Assembly: GCA_040830765.1 (NCBI GenBank)
Contig: JBFOMH010000005.1
Span: 288,001-352,000, forward strand
Direction of reading: 5' to 3'
DNA: 64,000 nt
Origin: Puniceicoccaceae bacterium
GTDB lineage: Bacteria > Verrucomicrobiota > Verrucomicrobiia > Opitutales > Oceanipulchritudinaceae
Shown here: positions 30,886 through 40,960 of the stretch, in pieces
Layout: every line of letters begins with the position of its first letter
How positions within the stretch are numbered: position 1 is the stretch's first letter
Made by a program: the position numbers and the translations under genes
The notes under the pieces: generated by a model
What the model saw: only the letters and a program-made list of their open reading frames with translations
Database searches by the model: none
What the model was told of the DNA's origin: nothing

Positions 30886-30905
30886 CCGTAAATTGTCACT
30901 ACAAT

Positions 30906-31937
30906 TTAGTTGGAATAACCGGCCTGCGCTCCCTTAATGTCGCGCTTCTTGACCCACGGCATAAGGCTCCGCAGGCGGGCACCGGTCTTTTCAATCGGAT
31001 GCTTCACGCTTTCCTCCTGGAAGCGCTTGTAGTTCGGGAATCCGGCTTCGGCCTCCTTTACCCACTCGCGGGCAAACTTGCCGCTCTGGATTTCTGTCAG
31101 GATCTTCTTCATCGACCGCTTGGTGTTGGCGTTGATGACGCGCGGACCGCGCGTGTAGTCGCCGTACTCAGCGGTCTCGGAAATGCTGAACCGCATCCCG
31201 CTGACACCGGACTCAACCATCATGTCGACGATCAGCTTCAGTTCGTGGAGACACTCGAAATAAGCCATCTCCGGCTGGTAGCCAGCCTCGACCAGGGTTT
31301 CAAAACCGGCCTGGACCAGTGCGCTGGCACCGCCACAGAGGACGGCCTGCTCACCGAAGAGGTCGGTTTCGGTCTCTTCCTTGAAAGTGGTCTGGATAAC
31401 ACCGGCCCGGGCGGAGCCGATACCCTTGGCCCAGGAAAGAGCGATCTTCTTGGAGTCCTTGGCGGAACCCTTGAGGATGGCGATCAATGCCGGAACGCCC
31501 TTGCCCTCCTGATACTGGGCGCGCACGGTGTGGCCGGGACCCTTCGGGGCAACCATGATCACGCTGACCCCCTTCGGCGGCTTGATCAGTTCATAGAGGA
31601 TGGCAAACCCATGGACGAAGAGCAGCGTCTTGCCCTTGGTCAGGTTTGGCGCAATCTCGGACTCGTAAACCGCCTTCTGCTTCATGTCGGGAATTCCCAC
31701 CATGATGACATCGGCCTTCTGCACGGCTTCCGCTACTTCCATCACCGCAAAGCCCAGCTTCTTGGCGACCGGAATCGACTTGCTCCCCTTGTAGAGGCCA
31801 ATGATGACTTTCATGCCGCTGTCCTTGAGGTTCAGCGCATGGGCGTGGCCTTGTGAACCAAAGCCGATCACGGCCAGGGTCTTGTTCTTCAAAACGCGGA
31901 GGTCCCCGTCTTTTTCAGTATACACCTTTGCAGGCAT
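30906..31937 (-). CDS. ilvC: Ketol-acid reductoisomerase
   Basis: [47 protein letters not shown]. Confidence 0.97.
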   Translation of the reverse strand: MPAKVYTEKDGDLRVLKNKTLAVIGFGSQGHAHALNLKDSGMKVIIGLYKGSKSIPVAKKLGFAVMEVAEAVQKADVIMVGIPDMKQKAVYESEIAPNLTKGKTLLFVHGFAILYELIKPPKGVSVIMVAPKGPGHTVRAQYQEGKGVPALIAILKGSAKDSKKIALSWAKGIGSARAGVIQTTFKEETETDLFGEQAVLCGGASALVQAGFETLVEAGYQPEMAYFECLHELKLIVDMMVESGVSGMRFSISETAEYGDYTRGPRVINANTKRSMKKILTEIQSGKFAREWVKEAEAGFPNYKRFQEESVKHPIEKTGARLRSLMPWVKKRDIKGAQAGYSN

Positions 31938-31961
31938 CGTTCCTTCTTACCTTTCCTGTTG

Positions 31962-32450
31962 TTAGAGTTCGAGTTTGCGGTTGCGACGCAGGGCGGCAGT
32001 ACCTGTCCGCGCCATTTGCTTGATTCCAAAAGGAGTGATCATTTCCAGGAAGCCATCGATTTTCCCTTGGCGGCCCGTCATTTCAATAATCATGCTCCGG
32101 TGCGAGACATCGACGATGTTCGCCCGAAAAATTTCACAAATCTGCAGCAGCTCCGTGCGCTTGCTGCCATCGGCGGCCACCTTGACCAGGACCAGCTCCC
32201 GCGCGGCGAACTGTCCCCGGGCCAAATCATCGACCTCAATGACGTCCACCAGCTTGTGCAGCTGCTTGATCGCCTGATCCAACTGCTGCGTATCCCCTTT
32301 GACAGTGGCCGTGATGCGCGAGTAGCGGGAGTCGTGGGTCGGGGCAACATTCAATGTGTCGATGTTGAACCCCCGGCCGCTGAACATTCCTGCCACGCGG
32401 GCCAGCACACCAAACTTGTTTTCCACAAGGACGGATAGCGTGTGTCGCAT
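31962..32450 (-). CDS. ilvN: Acetolactate synthase small subunit
   Basis: MRHTLSVLVENKFGVLARVAGMFSGRGFNID, RELVLVKV, ARTG. Confidence 0.95.
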   Translation of the reverse strand: MRHTLSVLVENKFGVLARVAGMFSGRGFNIDTLNVAPTHDSRYSRITATVKGDTQQLDQAIKQLHKLVDVIEVDDLARGQFAARELVLVKVAADGSKRTELLQICEIFRANIVDVSHRSMIIEMTGRQGKIDGFLEMITPFGIKQMARTGTAALRRNRKLEL

Positions 32451-32577
32451 TGTTTTGAATCCATATGCACAGGTCTCCTCCAAGCGGGCAAAGAAGGGGA
32501 CTGCACTGTCGTTTTAAGCTAGAATTCAGGCCCGCTTAAAACCTTCACCAATCACCCCAAGGCCGCGCCTTGGCAAG

Positions 32578-32685
32578 AAAATAAAAGAAAGCCCCGACCG
32601 GTAACCGATCGGGGCTTATCTCACTCCTTGATATCCAAACAACCAATTAAGACTTACTACGACTATTGTATAAAATCTCTGTCAG
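32578..32685 (-). ncRNA. Candidate small RNA (~100 nt)
   Basis: AT-rich stretch without a start codon between an ECF-like promoter and the terminator AAGCCCCGATCGG-TTA-CCGGTCGGGGCTTTCTTTT on the minus strand. Confidence 0.4.
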
Positions 32686-32692
32686 TTAATTA

Positions 32693-32718
32693 AGACACAT
32701 ATCCCCGGGGGATGTTCA
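32693..32718 (-). promoter_or_regulatory. ECF-sigma-like promoter
   Basis: Minus strand TGAAC-atcccccggggatatgt (17 nt)-GTCT. Confidence 0.4.
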
Positions 32719-32762
32719 CTTTTTTCGTGCCTTTTTTCAGGAGCTCCTGCTAGCGTCCCGCA

Positions 32763-33500
32763 ATGGAAAATAAAACCCGCGTTGACGGCCGCCTTCCGGG
32801 GCAACTGAGGCCGGTTGAATTTCAATTGGATTTTGCCCCGCATGCCAGCGGCTCCGTACTGGCTTGCTTCGGCGACACCCGCGTCATCTGCGCCGCCAGT
32901 CTGGAAAAGGGCGTTCCGCGCTGGATGACCGCCCAGAACGTGGAGGGCGGCTGGATGTCAGCCGAATACAGCATGCTTCCCTATTCCACCCTCGACCGCA
33001 AAAAGCGGGACATCAGCCGCGGCAAGCAGGATGGCCGCTCGGTCGAGATTCAGCGCCTCATCGGCCGCAGCCTGCGGGCGGTGGCCGACCTCTCCAAGCT
33101 CCCGGGTCATACCCTTTGGCTGGACTGTGATGTCCTCCAGGCCGACGGCGGCACCCGAACCGCCTCCATAACCGGTGCCTGGCTGGCTGCGGAAATCGCC
33201 GTCAGGCGGGCCATCAAGGCCGGCGATTTGGAAACATCCCCCTTTGTCGACAGCGTGGCCGCCGTCAGCGTCGGCATCCTGGAAGAACAGATCCTCTGCG
33301 ACCTGTGCTATGTCGAGGACCGGGATGCCTCCGTGGACGCCAACATCGTCATGACGGGCAGTGGCCGGTTCGTCGAGGCCCAGGCATCGGGTGAGGAAGC
33401 AACCTTTTCTCATGAGCAACTGATGGAACTGCTCAAAATTGCCGACTCCGGCATTGCCGAATTGACCGCCCGGCAGCAGGCCATTCTCGAAACCATCTAG
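32763..33500 (+). CDS. rph: Ribonuclease PH
   Basis: AEYSMLP, GRSVEIQRLIGRSLR, DCDVLQADGGTRTASITG. Confidence 0.97.
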   Translation: MENKTRVDGRLPGQLRPVEFQLDFAPHASGSVLACFGDTRVICAASLEKGVPRWMTAQNVEGGWMSAEYSMLPYSTLDRKKRDISRGKQDGRSVEIQRLIGRSLRAVADLSKLPGHTLWLDCDVLQADGGTRTASITGAWLAAEIAVRRAIKAGDLETSPFVDSVAAVSVGILEEQILCDLCYVEDRDASVDANIVMTGSGRFVEAQASGEEATFSHEQLMELLKIADSGIAELTARQQAILETI

Positions 33501-33509
33501 TCGACGACC

Positions 33510-35546
33510 TCAGATCCGCCGTCCCATCTCGTGGTACTTGCTGATGGTCTCCCGCAGGGCGTGGATAGTCAGGGGCTTTGTCAGGTAGGAATTGACTCCC
33601 GCCCGCAGCGCCCGGTCACGGTCCTCCTCTTCGGAGCAAACGGTCACGGCGACAATAAAGGCTTCGCGGTTTCCTTCCCCGCAATCCCCGTTGCGGATGC
33701 GGCGGGTGGCTTCCAATCCATCCACTCCGGGCATCATGATATCCATCAGGATCATCTGGTAACTGCGCTCCTTGAGCTTATCCAGCAACTCATTCCCGTC
33801 ATTGACCACGTCACAGGCATAGCCGAGGAACTTCATCAGGCTGGCGTTCACCTGACGGCTGCTTTCCTCGTCATCGACAATGATGATGCTGGCCTCGGCT
33901 TCCTGTTCCTCGGTCGATTCCTCGCCTTCGTGCCGTTTGAGCGCCGGCCGCAAGTGTTCCGGGACCGGCGTGAAGGGAAGGGTCAACTCAACTGTCGTGC
34001 CTTTCCCGACCTCACTGGAAACCTTGATCTCGCCCCGCATTGCCGAAACCAGCTTCTGGGCGATGGCCAGACCAAGACCAGCTCCGGCATACTTGTCCGT
34101 GAATTCATTCTCATGCCGGGCAAACGGCTGGAACAACTTTTCCACTTCCTCTTCATCCATCCCGACACCCGTGTCGCGAACGATGAACTTCAGCATATGG
34201 ACCTTGGAACCGTTCATCCGGACTTCCTCGGTCTCCGCTTCCAACTCAACAAAGCCGGTATGGGTGAACTTGATCGAATTGGAAATCAGCGTCCCCAGGA
34301 CCTGCAGGATTCGCTGGCGGTCCTGATAGAATTCATTCTCTGACTTTACCTTGTCGCTGATCCGCAGGTCGATACCGCGCGACTTGGCGTCAAATGCATA
34401 TAGGTTGTCCATCTCGATGAGCAGGTCATGGACATCCATCGGCTCGGGTGAAAGGTGCAGCACACCTGCCTCGATCTTGGCATAATCCAGGACCTCATCG
34501 ATGAGCGTGAGAAGGTTTTTCCCCGCCTTGAGAATCATTTGAGCCATTTCCTTGGAATCCCCGTCCAGATTGGGATTGGAGGCCAACAGGTCGGCAAAGC
34601 CGATTACCGGATTCATCGGGGTACGGATTTCATGGCTGGCCAGGGAAAGGTAAGCTGACTTTTCCCGGTTTGCCCGGTCAGCCGCTGCCTTCTGCAGAAG
34701 TGCCTGCTCACGCAAGTGGTGCTCTTCCTCCAATGTCTGGCGCAGTTTCTCTTCCTGTGCCTTCAGGTCCTCGACATCAATGGCTGAGGCAATGAAGTCA
34801 TTCTGGCTCTCAGGCACCCCATCCATGGGCCGCCCCACCAGCCTCACCCAACGGTATCCGCCCATGAGGTAGCGCAGGCGGAATTCCATCGTCACTTCCT
34901 CGCGGTTTTCCATGGCGTAGCTGATCCGGTCGAGGACCATTTGCCGGTCGTCGGCATGGACCTGGCCCAGCCAGCCGGAACGGACCTGCTCCACCAATGT
35001 GCAGCCGGTAAAGTTCAACCAGGAGTCATTATAAAAGTACGGCACCATATCCTTCCCGGAAATCCAGACCATGGCAGGCGCCTTGCCTAACAGATCCTCC
35101 TGGAAATCCAGTGACTTGCGTCGCCGCTTGTCCAACTCCTCCCGATCGGTAATATCCCGGCATTGGGAAATGAGGCACTGCTGACCCGCCAGGCCAGGAT
35201 AGGTGTAGTGCCGGTAATCAGAAATGACGTGCCGACGCCCGGCCTCAGGATAATCAATTTGCCCCCTGAATTCGCTCGTTCCCTCCTTGCGGGCCCGCTC
35301 CAGCAAGACCCGGATTCGGTTCTCATAAAAGGTTTCCCCAATCACTTCCCGTAGCGGAACCCCCCGCATGGTCTCCGGACCAATCCCATAGAGGTCCGCG
35401 TAGGCGCGGTTCGCGAAGACAAAACAGTCATCCGCATCGATGATGCAAATCGGTTGGTCCAGCGAATGCAATACATGCAAAGCCAGTTCCTCCTTGCTTC
35501 CAGATGCGCTCAAGGAATGCCCTTCCTCTCGTTTCGGTGTGACCAT
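33510..35546 (-). CDS. Cytoplasmic hybrid sensor kinase (2xPAS-HisKA-HATPase-REC)
   Basis: Two PAS domains, SHEIRTPMN, NSIKFT, DTGVGM, GAGLGLAI, ILMDIMMP; no TM segment. Confidence 0.92.
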   Translation of the reverse strand: MVTPKREEGHSLSASGSKEELALHVLHSLDQPICIIDADDCFVFANRAYADLYGIGPETMRGVPLREVIGETFYENRIRVLLERARKEGTSEFRGQIDYPEAGRRHVISDYRHYTYPGLAGQQCLISQCRDITDREELDKRRRKSLDFQEDLLGKAPAMVWISGKDMVPYFYNDSWLNFTGCTLVEQVRSGWLGQVHADDRQMVLDRISYAMENREEVTMEFRLRYLMGGYRWVRLVGRPMDGVPESQNDFIASAIDVEDLKAQEEKLRQTLEEEHHLREQALLQKAAADRANREKSAYLSLASHEIRTPMNPVIGFADLLASNPNLDGDSKEMAQMILKAGKNLLTLIDEVLDYAKIEAGVLHLSPEPMDVHDLLIEMDNLYAFDAKSRGIDLRISDKVKSENEFYQDRQRILQVLGTLISNSIKFTHTGFVELEAETEEVRMNGSKVHMLKFIVRDTGVGMDEEEVEKLFQPFARHENEFTDKYAGAGLGLAIAQKLVSAMRGEIKVSSEVGKGTTVELTLPFTPVPEHLRPALKRHEGEESTEEQEAEASIIIVDDEESSRQVNASLMKFLGYACDVVNDGNELLDKLKERSYQMILMDIMMPGVDGLEATRRIRNGDCGEGNREAFIVAVTVCSEEEDRDRALRAGVNSYLTKPLTIHALRETISKYHEMGRRI

Positions 35547-35843
35547 TTTGACAGCAGCTTGTTTCCTACAAAAAGCGAAGACACCTGCTTTTCGTAGTTT
35601 GTTCCATTCAGTCGATCAGACCTGTAAACGTCAAGTAAATAGTTCACCCTAGGCGGGTTAGGTATTTTACCCTATATTTTTTACATTAACCTCGTGTTTC
35701 CGCGCTCCAGACCACCCTTTTTGGGTATTTTTCACAGAATTGAGAGAGTGACAATTTGACCCTGGGACGCCGCGTATTTACCCATAAGAAAAGGGTTGTC
35801 AGTACCGCTCAGCGGGTATTGAACCACCATTGAAAGTTAATCC

Positions 35844-37040
35844 ATGAACATTCACGAGTTTCAAGCGAAGGAGCTGTTTGCCGACTACGGTATTCCGATT
35901 GCCCGCGGAGTGGCGGTCAAGTCAGCGGACGAATTTGCCAGCGCGCTCGAGCAACTACCTGAAGGTCAGGTAGTTGTGAAGGCACAAATCCACGCCGGAG
36001 GACGTGGCAAAGGGACCTTCACAGATGGTTTCAAGGGGGGCGTTCATGTCTGCCCGGATCATGCCAAGGCGCTCGAGGTGGCCGGCAACATGCTTGGCAA
36101 CACCCTGGTAACGCACCAGACGGGCCCCCAGGGCAAGGTTGTCAAGACGCTCTATTTCAACGAACCCTGCGACATCGAGAAGGAATACTACCTTGCCATG
36201 ACGCTTGACCGGGGAACCAGCCGACCGGTCATTATCGCCTCCACAGAGGGCGGGGTTGAGATTGAGAAAGTCGCTGAGGAGACACCGGAACGGATCACCA
36301 AGGTCTTCGTTGATCCTGCCCAGGGTCTGCAAAGCCACCACAAGCGGCAGGTCGCCTTTGGCCTCGGATTTACCTCCAAGGAGCAACTCAAGCAGATGGA
36401 CAAGCTGCTCACCGGCCTGTACCGGCTGTACTGGGAGAAGGACGCCAGCCTGGCCGAAATCAATCCGCTCATCACCACACCGGAAGGAGACATCATTGCT
36501 CTCGATGCCAAGGTTGGCTTTGATGAAAGTGCCCTCTACCGGCACCCGGACATTCTCGAGCTGAGGGATCTGGATGAAGAGGATCCCAAGGAGGTCGAGG
36601 CCGGCAAGCACGGACTGAGCTACATCGCCCTGGACGGGAACATTGCCTGCCTGGTCAATGGTGCCGGACTGGCGATGGCGACGATGGACATCATCAAGCA
36701 CTTCGGCGGCAACCCGGCCAACTTCCTTGATGTCGGTGGCGGGGCCAGCGAGGAGGCGGTCACCGAGGCCTTCAAGATCATCCTCAGTGACCCCAACGTG
36801 GAAGGTATTCTCGTCAATATCTTCGGGGGCATCATGAGCTGCGAAGTCATTGCCAAGGGGGTCATTGCGGCTGCCCGCAATGTCGAGATAACGGTTCCCC
36901 TGGTGGTTCGCCTGGAAGGCAATGAAGTCAACGAAGGCAAGCAGTTGCTGGCGGAAAGTGGTCTCGACCTGATATCCGCAGACAGCCTCAGTGATGCCGC
37001 CCAGAAAGTCGTGGCGGAAGTCAGTGCCCAAAAGCAGTAA
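35844..37040 (+). CDS. sucC: Succinyl-CoA synthetase beta subunit
   Basis: [37 protein letters not shown]. Confidence 0.97.
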   Translation: MNIHEFQAKELFADYGIPIARGVAVKSADEFASALEQLPEGQVVVKAQIHAGGRGKGTFTDGFKGGVHVCPDHAKALEVAGNMLGNTLVTHQTGPQGKVVKTLYFNEPCDIEKEYYLAMTLDRGTSRPVIIASTEGGVEIEKVAEETPERITKVFVDPAQGLQSHHKRQVAFGLGFTSKEQLKQMDKLLTGLYRLYWEKDASLAEINPLITTPEGDIIALDAKVGFDESALYRHPDILELRDLDEEDPKEVEAGKHGLSYIALDGNIACLVNGAGLAMATMDIIKHFGGNPANFLDVGGGASEEAVTEAFKIILSDPNVEGILVNIFGGIMSCEVIAKGVIAAARNVEITVPLVVRLEGNEVNEGKQLLAESGLDLISADSLSDAAQKVVAEVSAQKQ

Positions 37041-37060
37041 TCCCGAATTTCCTAAAAATC

Positions 37061-37939
37061 ATGTCAGTTTTAGTAGGTAAAGACACACGCGTCGTGGGCC
37101 AGGGTATCACCGGTACATTCGGCCGGCTGCATGCGCGCAAGAACATTGAATACGGCACCAATTACGTGGCGGCCGTTACACCCGGGAAAGGAGGCCAGTC
37201 GTTTGACGACAAGTTTCCGATCTTCAATACCGTTCGCGAAGCAGTGGAAAAGGAAGGTGCCAATACCAGCGTCATCTTCGTTCCCCCACCCTTTGCGGCA
37301 GACGGAATCCTCGAGGCCATTGATGCCGGCATCGAATTGATCATTTGCATCACGGAAGGCATACCTGTCCGGGACATGGCCATCGTCAAGGATGCCCTGG
37401 TCAAGGCTCCGAAGACACGCTTAATCGGGCCCAACTGTCCCGGAATCATGACGCCTGGCATCTGCAATATCGGAATCATGCCGGGCTACATTGCCAAGCC
37501 GGGGAAAATCGGCGTGGTCAGCCGTTCCGGCACCCTGACCTACGAGGCCATGTTCCAGGTCACGGAACGCGGTTATGGTCAGAGCACTTGCATCGGAATT
37601 GGCGGGGACCCCATCAACGGGACCAACCACACCGACGCCCTGCGCCTCTTCAATGAGGATCCGGAAACGGAAGCGATCATCATGATTGGTGAAATTGGCG
37701 GAACCGCTGAGGAAGAAGCTGCCGCCTACGCCAAGGCGAACATCAAGAAGCCGATCGCGGCCTTTATCGCTGGCACCACCGCTCCTCCGGGAAGACGGAT
37801 GGGCCATGCCGGGGCCATTGTCTCCGGTGGCAGCGGAACCGCCGAGGCCAAGATCGCCGCTCTCAAGGATGCCGGTATCGCCGTGGCCCCGACGCCCAGC
37901 GATATCGCGGAGGCCCTCTTCAGCGTCTATAACCCTTAG
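37061..37939 (+). CDS. sucD: Succinyl-CoA synthetase alpha subunit
   Basis: [27 protein letters not shown]. Confidence 0.97.
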   Translation: MSVLVGKDTRVVGQGITGTFGRLHARKNIEYGTNYVAAVTPGKGGQSFDDKFPIFNTVREAVEKEGANTSVIFVPPPFAADGILEAIDAGIELIICITEGIPVRDMAIVKDALVKAPKTRLIGPNCPGIMTPGICNIGIMPGYIAKPGKIGVVSRSGTLTYEAMFQVTERGYGQSTCIGIGGDPINGTNHTDALRLFNEDPETEAIIMIGEIGGTAEEEAAAYAKANIKKPIAAFIAGTTAPPGRRMGHAGAIVSGGSGTAEAKIAALKDAGIAVAPTPSDIAEALFSVYNP

Positions 37940-37944
37940 TCAAA

Positions 37945-38004
37945 GGACTACAGGCGTCCCGCCTGTAGTTATCGGCGACAGGCCAGAGGCCTGTAGTCCA
38001 TTGG
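37945..38004. repeat. REP-like palindrome doublet
   Basis: 37945-37970 is the exact 26-bp reverse complement of 9445-9470, followed by the variant ACAGGCCAGAGGCCTGTAGTCCATTGG. Confidence 0.85.
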
Positions 38005-38005
38005 C

Positions 38006-38308
38006 CTAGCCTTCTTTTTCCGGACTGACAATTTCCTCAATCTTGGCTGCAAGCTTGAGGTCCTTGTCCGTCAGCTTGTCTCCGGCATCGTGGGTGCAGA
38101 GACGAATCTCGAGGGAATTGTAGGCATTGGTGATTTCCGGATGGTGGTTGGCATCCTCCGCCTCGAAGCTTATCCGGACAATGGCGGCCACCGCTTCACG
38201 GAAGGAACCCAGTTGGTATCGTTTGACGAGCTGGTCGTTCTCAACGGACCAGCCGGGCAGGCCACTTAGGGCAACCTCAAGTTCGCTGTCGGAAATCAAA
38301 TGACTCAT
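38006..38308 (-). CDS. phhB: Pterin-4a-carbinolamine dehydratase
   Basis: LPGW, AEDANHHPE, THDAG, TDKD..LA; start MSHLISD. Confidence 0.88.
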   Translation of the reverse strand: MSHLISDSELEVALSGLPGWSVENDQLVKRYQLGSFREAVAAIVRISFEAEDANHHPEITNAYNSLEIRLCTHDAGDKLTDKDLKLAAKIEEIVSPEKEG

Positions 38309-38410
38309 ATCTGAAGAAATGACAAAGAAAGGGCTGGCTGTCAATTTCGTGAAATTGAGAGCATTGGCCCTTGTCATTCGCGGCGGCATGGCTTTTCGTC
38401 CGTCCCCATA

Positions 38411-39334
38411 ATGCACTATGCGGTTACAGCCTTCTACAAGTTTGTCGATTTGGATGAGCTGCCAGACCTCAAGGCCAAGCTGACCGGCAAGGGTGAGGAA
38501 CTGAACATCATGGGAACCATCCTGCTGGCCCCGGAAGGCATCAACAGCACCATCGCGGCAGAGCCGCAACAGCTTGATGCCTTCATGGCGTTTCTGCGCT
38601 CACTGGAGCCCTTTGGCGACCTCGAGGAAAAGCGGTCCGAGGCATCCGCGGCGCCTTTCCTTCGCTTCAAGGTCCGCTTGAAGAAGGAAATTGTCACCAT
38701 TGGCATTCCGGAGGTGGATCCCCGCAGGGAAGTCGGGACCTATGTTGACGCCGGGGACTGGAACACCTTGATCGCGGATCCTGACACTATCCTCATCGAC
38801 ACCCGCAATGACTACGAAGTGGCCATCGGCAAGTTTGCCGGAGCGGTTGATCCCATGACACCCAGTTTCCGGGATTTCCCGGAATGGGCCCGCACTCACC
38901 TCGAGAAGAAACCGGACCAGAAGATCGCCATGTATTGCACCGGGGGCATCCGCTGTGAAAAGGCGACCTCCCTCCTCAAGCACATGGGTTATGACCATGT
39001 TTATCATTTGAAAGGAGGAATCCTCAAGTATCTCGAGACCATACCGGAAGAGGAATCCAAATGGGAGGGCAGCTGTTTCGTCTTTGACCAGCGCGTCGGC
39101 CTGGAGCACGGACTCGCCGAAAGTCCTTATGACCTGTGTCATGGCTGCCGCTACCCGTTGACACCTGGGGACCGGGAAGATCCCAGGTTTGAAGAAGGTG
39201 TCTCCTGTCCCCATTGTGCCGATACATTGGATGCCGACAAGAAAGCGCGCCTGCGCGAGCGTCAAAAGCAGGTACAGTTGGCCCGCTCACGGGGTGAGGT
39301 CCACATTGGTTCAAAAGCCCGCAAGGAACATTGA
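38411..39334 (+). CDS. trhO: Rhodanese-domain tRNA hydroxylase (TrhO/YceA family)
   Basis: FYKF, GTILLAPEGIN, KVRLKKEIV, DTRNDYE, YCTGGIRCEK, GSCFVFD. Confidence 0.9.
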   Translation: MHYAVTAFYKFVDLDELPDLKAKLTGKGEELNIMGTILLAPEGINSTIAAEPQQLDAFMAFLRSLEPFGDLEEKRSEASAAPFLRFKVRLKKEIVTIGIPEVDPRREVGTYVDAGDWNTLIADPDTILIDTRNDYEVAIGKFAGAVDPMTPSFRDFPEWARTHLEKKPDQKIAMYCTGGIRCEKATSLLKHMGYDHVYHLKGGILKYLETIPEEESKWEGSCFVFDQRVGLEHGLAESPYDLCHGCRYPLTPGDREDPRFEEGVSCPHCADTLDADKKARLRERQKQVQLARSRGEVHIGSKARKEH

Positions 39335-39338
39335 GGCG

Positions 39339-39941
39339 ATGGCGCATCATAATCACAACCATGGCAACGGCACCGATGCCCAGCCGGAATTTCGCGGCAA
39401 GCGCCTCTTCCTGGCCATCGATTTACCTGAGTATGTCCGGGACAGTCTGGAGACCCTCTGCACGGAAAACCTGAAGGGCTTTCATTATGTTCCCAGGGAA
39501 CGGTTCCACCTCACCCTGAAGTTCATCGGTGACATCCCGGGACAATTCCAAAAGGATATCGAGGCGGCAATTGACCCCATCGAGGTGCACTCCTTCCTTC
39601 TCCCCATTGAGGGACTTGGCAGTTTCCCACCAAACGGACACCCGCATGCGGTCTGGGCAGGTGTTTCCAGTGCCCATCCTCGACTCTTTCAATTGCACAA
39701 GCGGATCGAGGACGCGCTCTTCTCAATCGGCATTGAGCCGGAAAAGCGCATTTATCATCCCCACATTACCATTGCCCGGGTCAATCATGCCGCTGATGAG
39801 ACCGTGAAGCAGTTCCTCAAACGCCACCCGGACTTTGGTGCAGCGCCGTTCAAGGTGGAGGAATTTCATCTTCTGCAGAGTGCCGTCATCGAGGGTCGCC
39901 GTGTCTACACACGGGAACGAACCTGGTCCCTGCTCCCTTAA
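39339..39941 (+). CDS. thpR: RNA 2',3'-cyclic phosphodiesterase (2H family)
   Basis: RLFLAID, HLTLKFIG, PHITIAR. Confidence 0.9.
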   Translation: MAHHNHNHGNGTDAQPEFRGKRLFLAIDLPEYVRDSLETLCTENLKGFHYVPRERFHLTLKFIGDIPGQFQKDIEAAIDPIEVHSFLLPIEGLGSFPPNGHPHAVWAGVSSAHPRLFQLHKRIEDALFSIGIEPEKRIYHPHITIARVNHAADETVKQFLKRHPDFGAAPFKVEEFHLLQSAVIEGRRVYTRERTWSLLP

Positions 39942-40843
39942 ACCTGCTTGAGTATGTCCCGGTATCCGGCCTGGAAGTCGGGAAAGGCCGGCTCCCATCC
40001 CAGGACCTCCCGGATTTTGCGGTTGCTGATGCGGCGGTTGGGCAATCCTTTCCCGGCTGACCGCCGAAGGGCCCGTGGGCCGGCTTGATTGGGGTCAAAG
40101 GGAATGGCCGGGATGGCCAAGGATTCCGCCAGCCAGTCGACAATGGCCTGCTTCCGGGCCGGTTCGTTGTCGACGACATTGAAAACGTCGGCACAGCCCG
40201 GTAATTCTGCCTCAGCCAGCTGCATCAGGGCATCAACGATATCGTAGAGGTAAATCAGGTTCAGCCAGGCCAGTCCATCCCCTGGAAGGCTCGTTGCCCC
40301 CTCGCGCAGGCGATTGAGGTACAGGTGGCGGCCAGGACCGTAGATACCCCCCAGACGCGCGACATAGCGTCGGGGAAAAGCTTCACTCTCAAGGATTTCC
40401 AGCTCTGCCTGACGCAGCACCCGGCCATTCTCAGAGAGTCGGTCCAGTCTGGGGACATCATCCTCCGAAATCCATTGGCCATCCGTTTGGGGATAGACGG
40501 AGGTGGCACTGCTGTAGACAAACCGGCCAACATCCACTTTGCTGGCCCAATTGCGGATGGAGCGATTGCCCTCAAGGTAGGAAAGCCGGTAGCCCTCAAT
40601 GCCACCGCCCGCCGAACTGACAAGGTTGATGGCAATATCCCATTCCCCACCCAGTTCGGCATGCCAGTCCGGTTCATGCAGGTCTGCAATGATTCGGCGC
40701 TCTTCCGGTACGGCGTCCACTGCCCCCAAGGCATCCGGATTGCGGGATTGAATCCAGACGGCATAGCCCGCCTCAACCGCTTTTTCCGCCAATGCCCGAC
40801 CGACATAGCCGCAACCGAATATCACCATCCGCTTCTCGCTCAT
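39938..40843 (-). CDS. NAD-dependent epimerase/dehydratase (atypical SDR)
   Basis: IFGCGYVG, SSATSVY, RLGGIYGPGR, RRISNRKI. Confidence 0.88.
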   Translation of the reverse strand: MSEKRMVIFGCGYVGRALAEKAVEAGYAVWIQSRNPDALGAVDAVPEERRIIADLHEPDWHAELGGEWDIAINLVSSAGGGIEGYRLSYLEGNRSIRNWASKVDVGRFVYSSATSVYPQTDGQWISEDDVPRLDRLSENGRVLRQAELEILESEAFPRRYVARLGGIYGPGRHLYLNRLREGATSLPGDGLAWLNLIYLYDIVDALMQLAEAELPGCADVFNVVDNEPARKQAIVDWLAESLAIPAIPFDPNQAGPRALRRSAGKGLPNRRISNRKIREVLGWEPAFPDFQAGYRDILKQV

Positions 40844-40960
40844 ACGGTAAACTGATAGGCCAATACCTTCATGGCCACAAGCATTCAGGGAGGATTTGCC
40901 CGGCTAATGCATGAAGATGTGTTGACCCGGCCAAGGGCATCCAGTCAATAAAGAGTCACA

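Noticed and set aside
32613..32720. Classical ilv leader peptide
   Set aside because: The IVVVSL frame is preceded by an in-frame TGA and has no ATG/GTG/TTG before those codons; nearby mini-ORFs (MCLN, VNIPRGYVS) are not rich in branched-chain residues.
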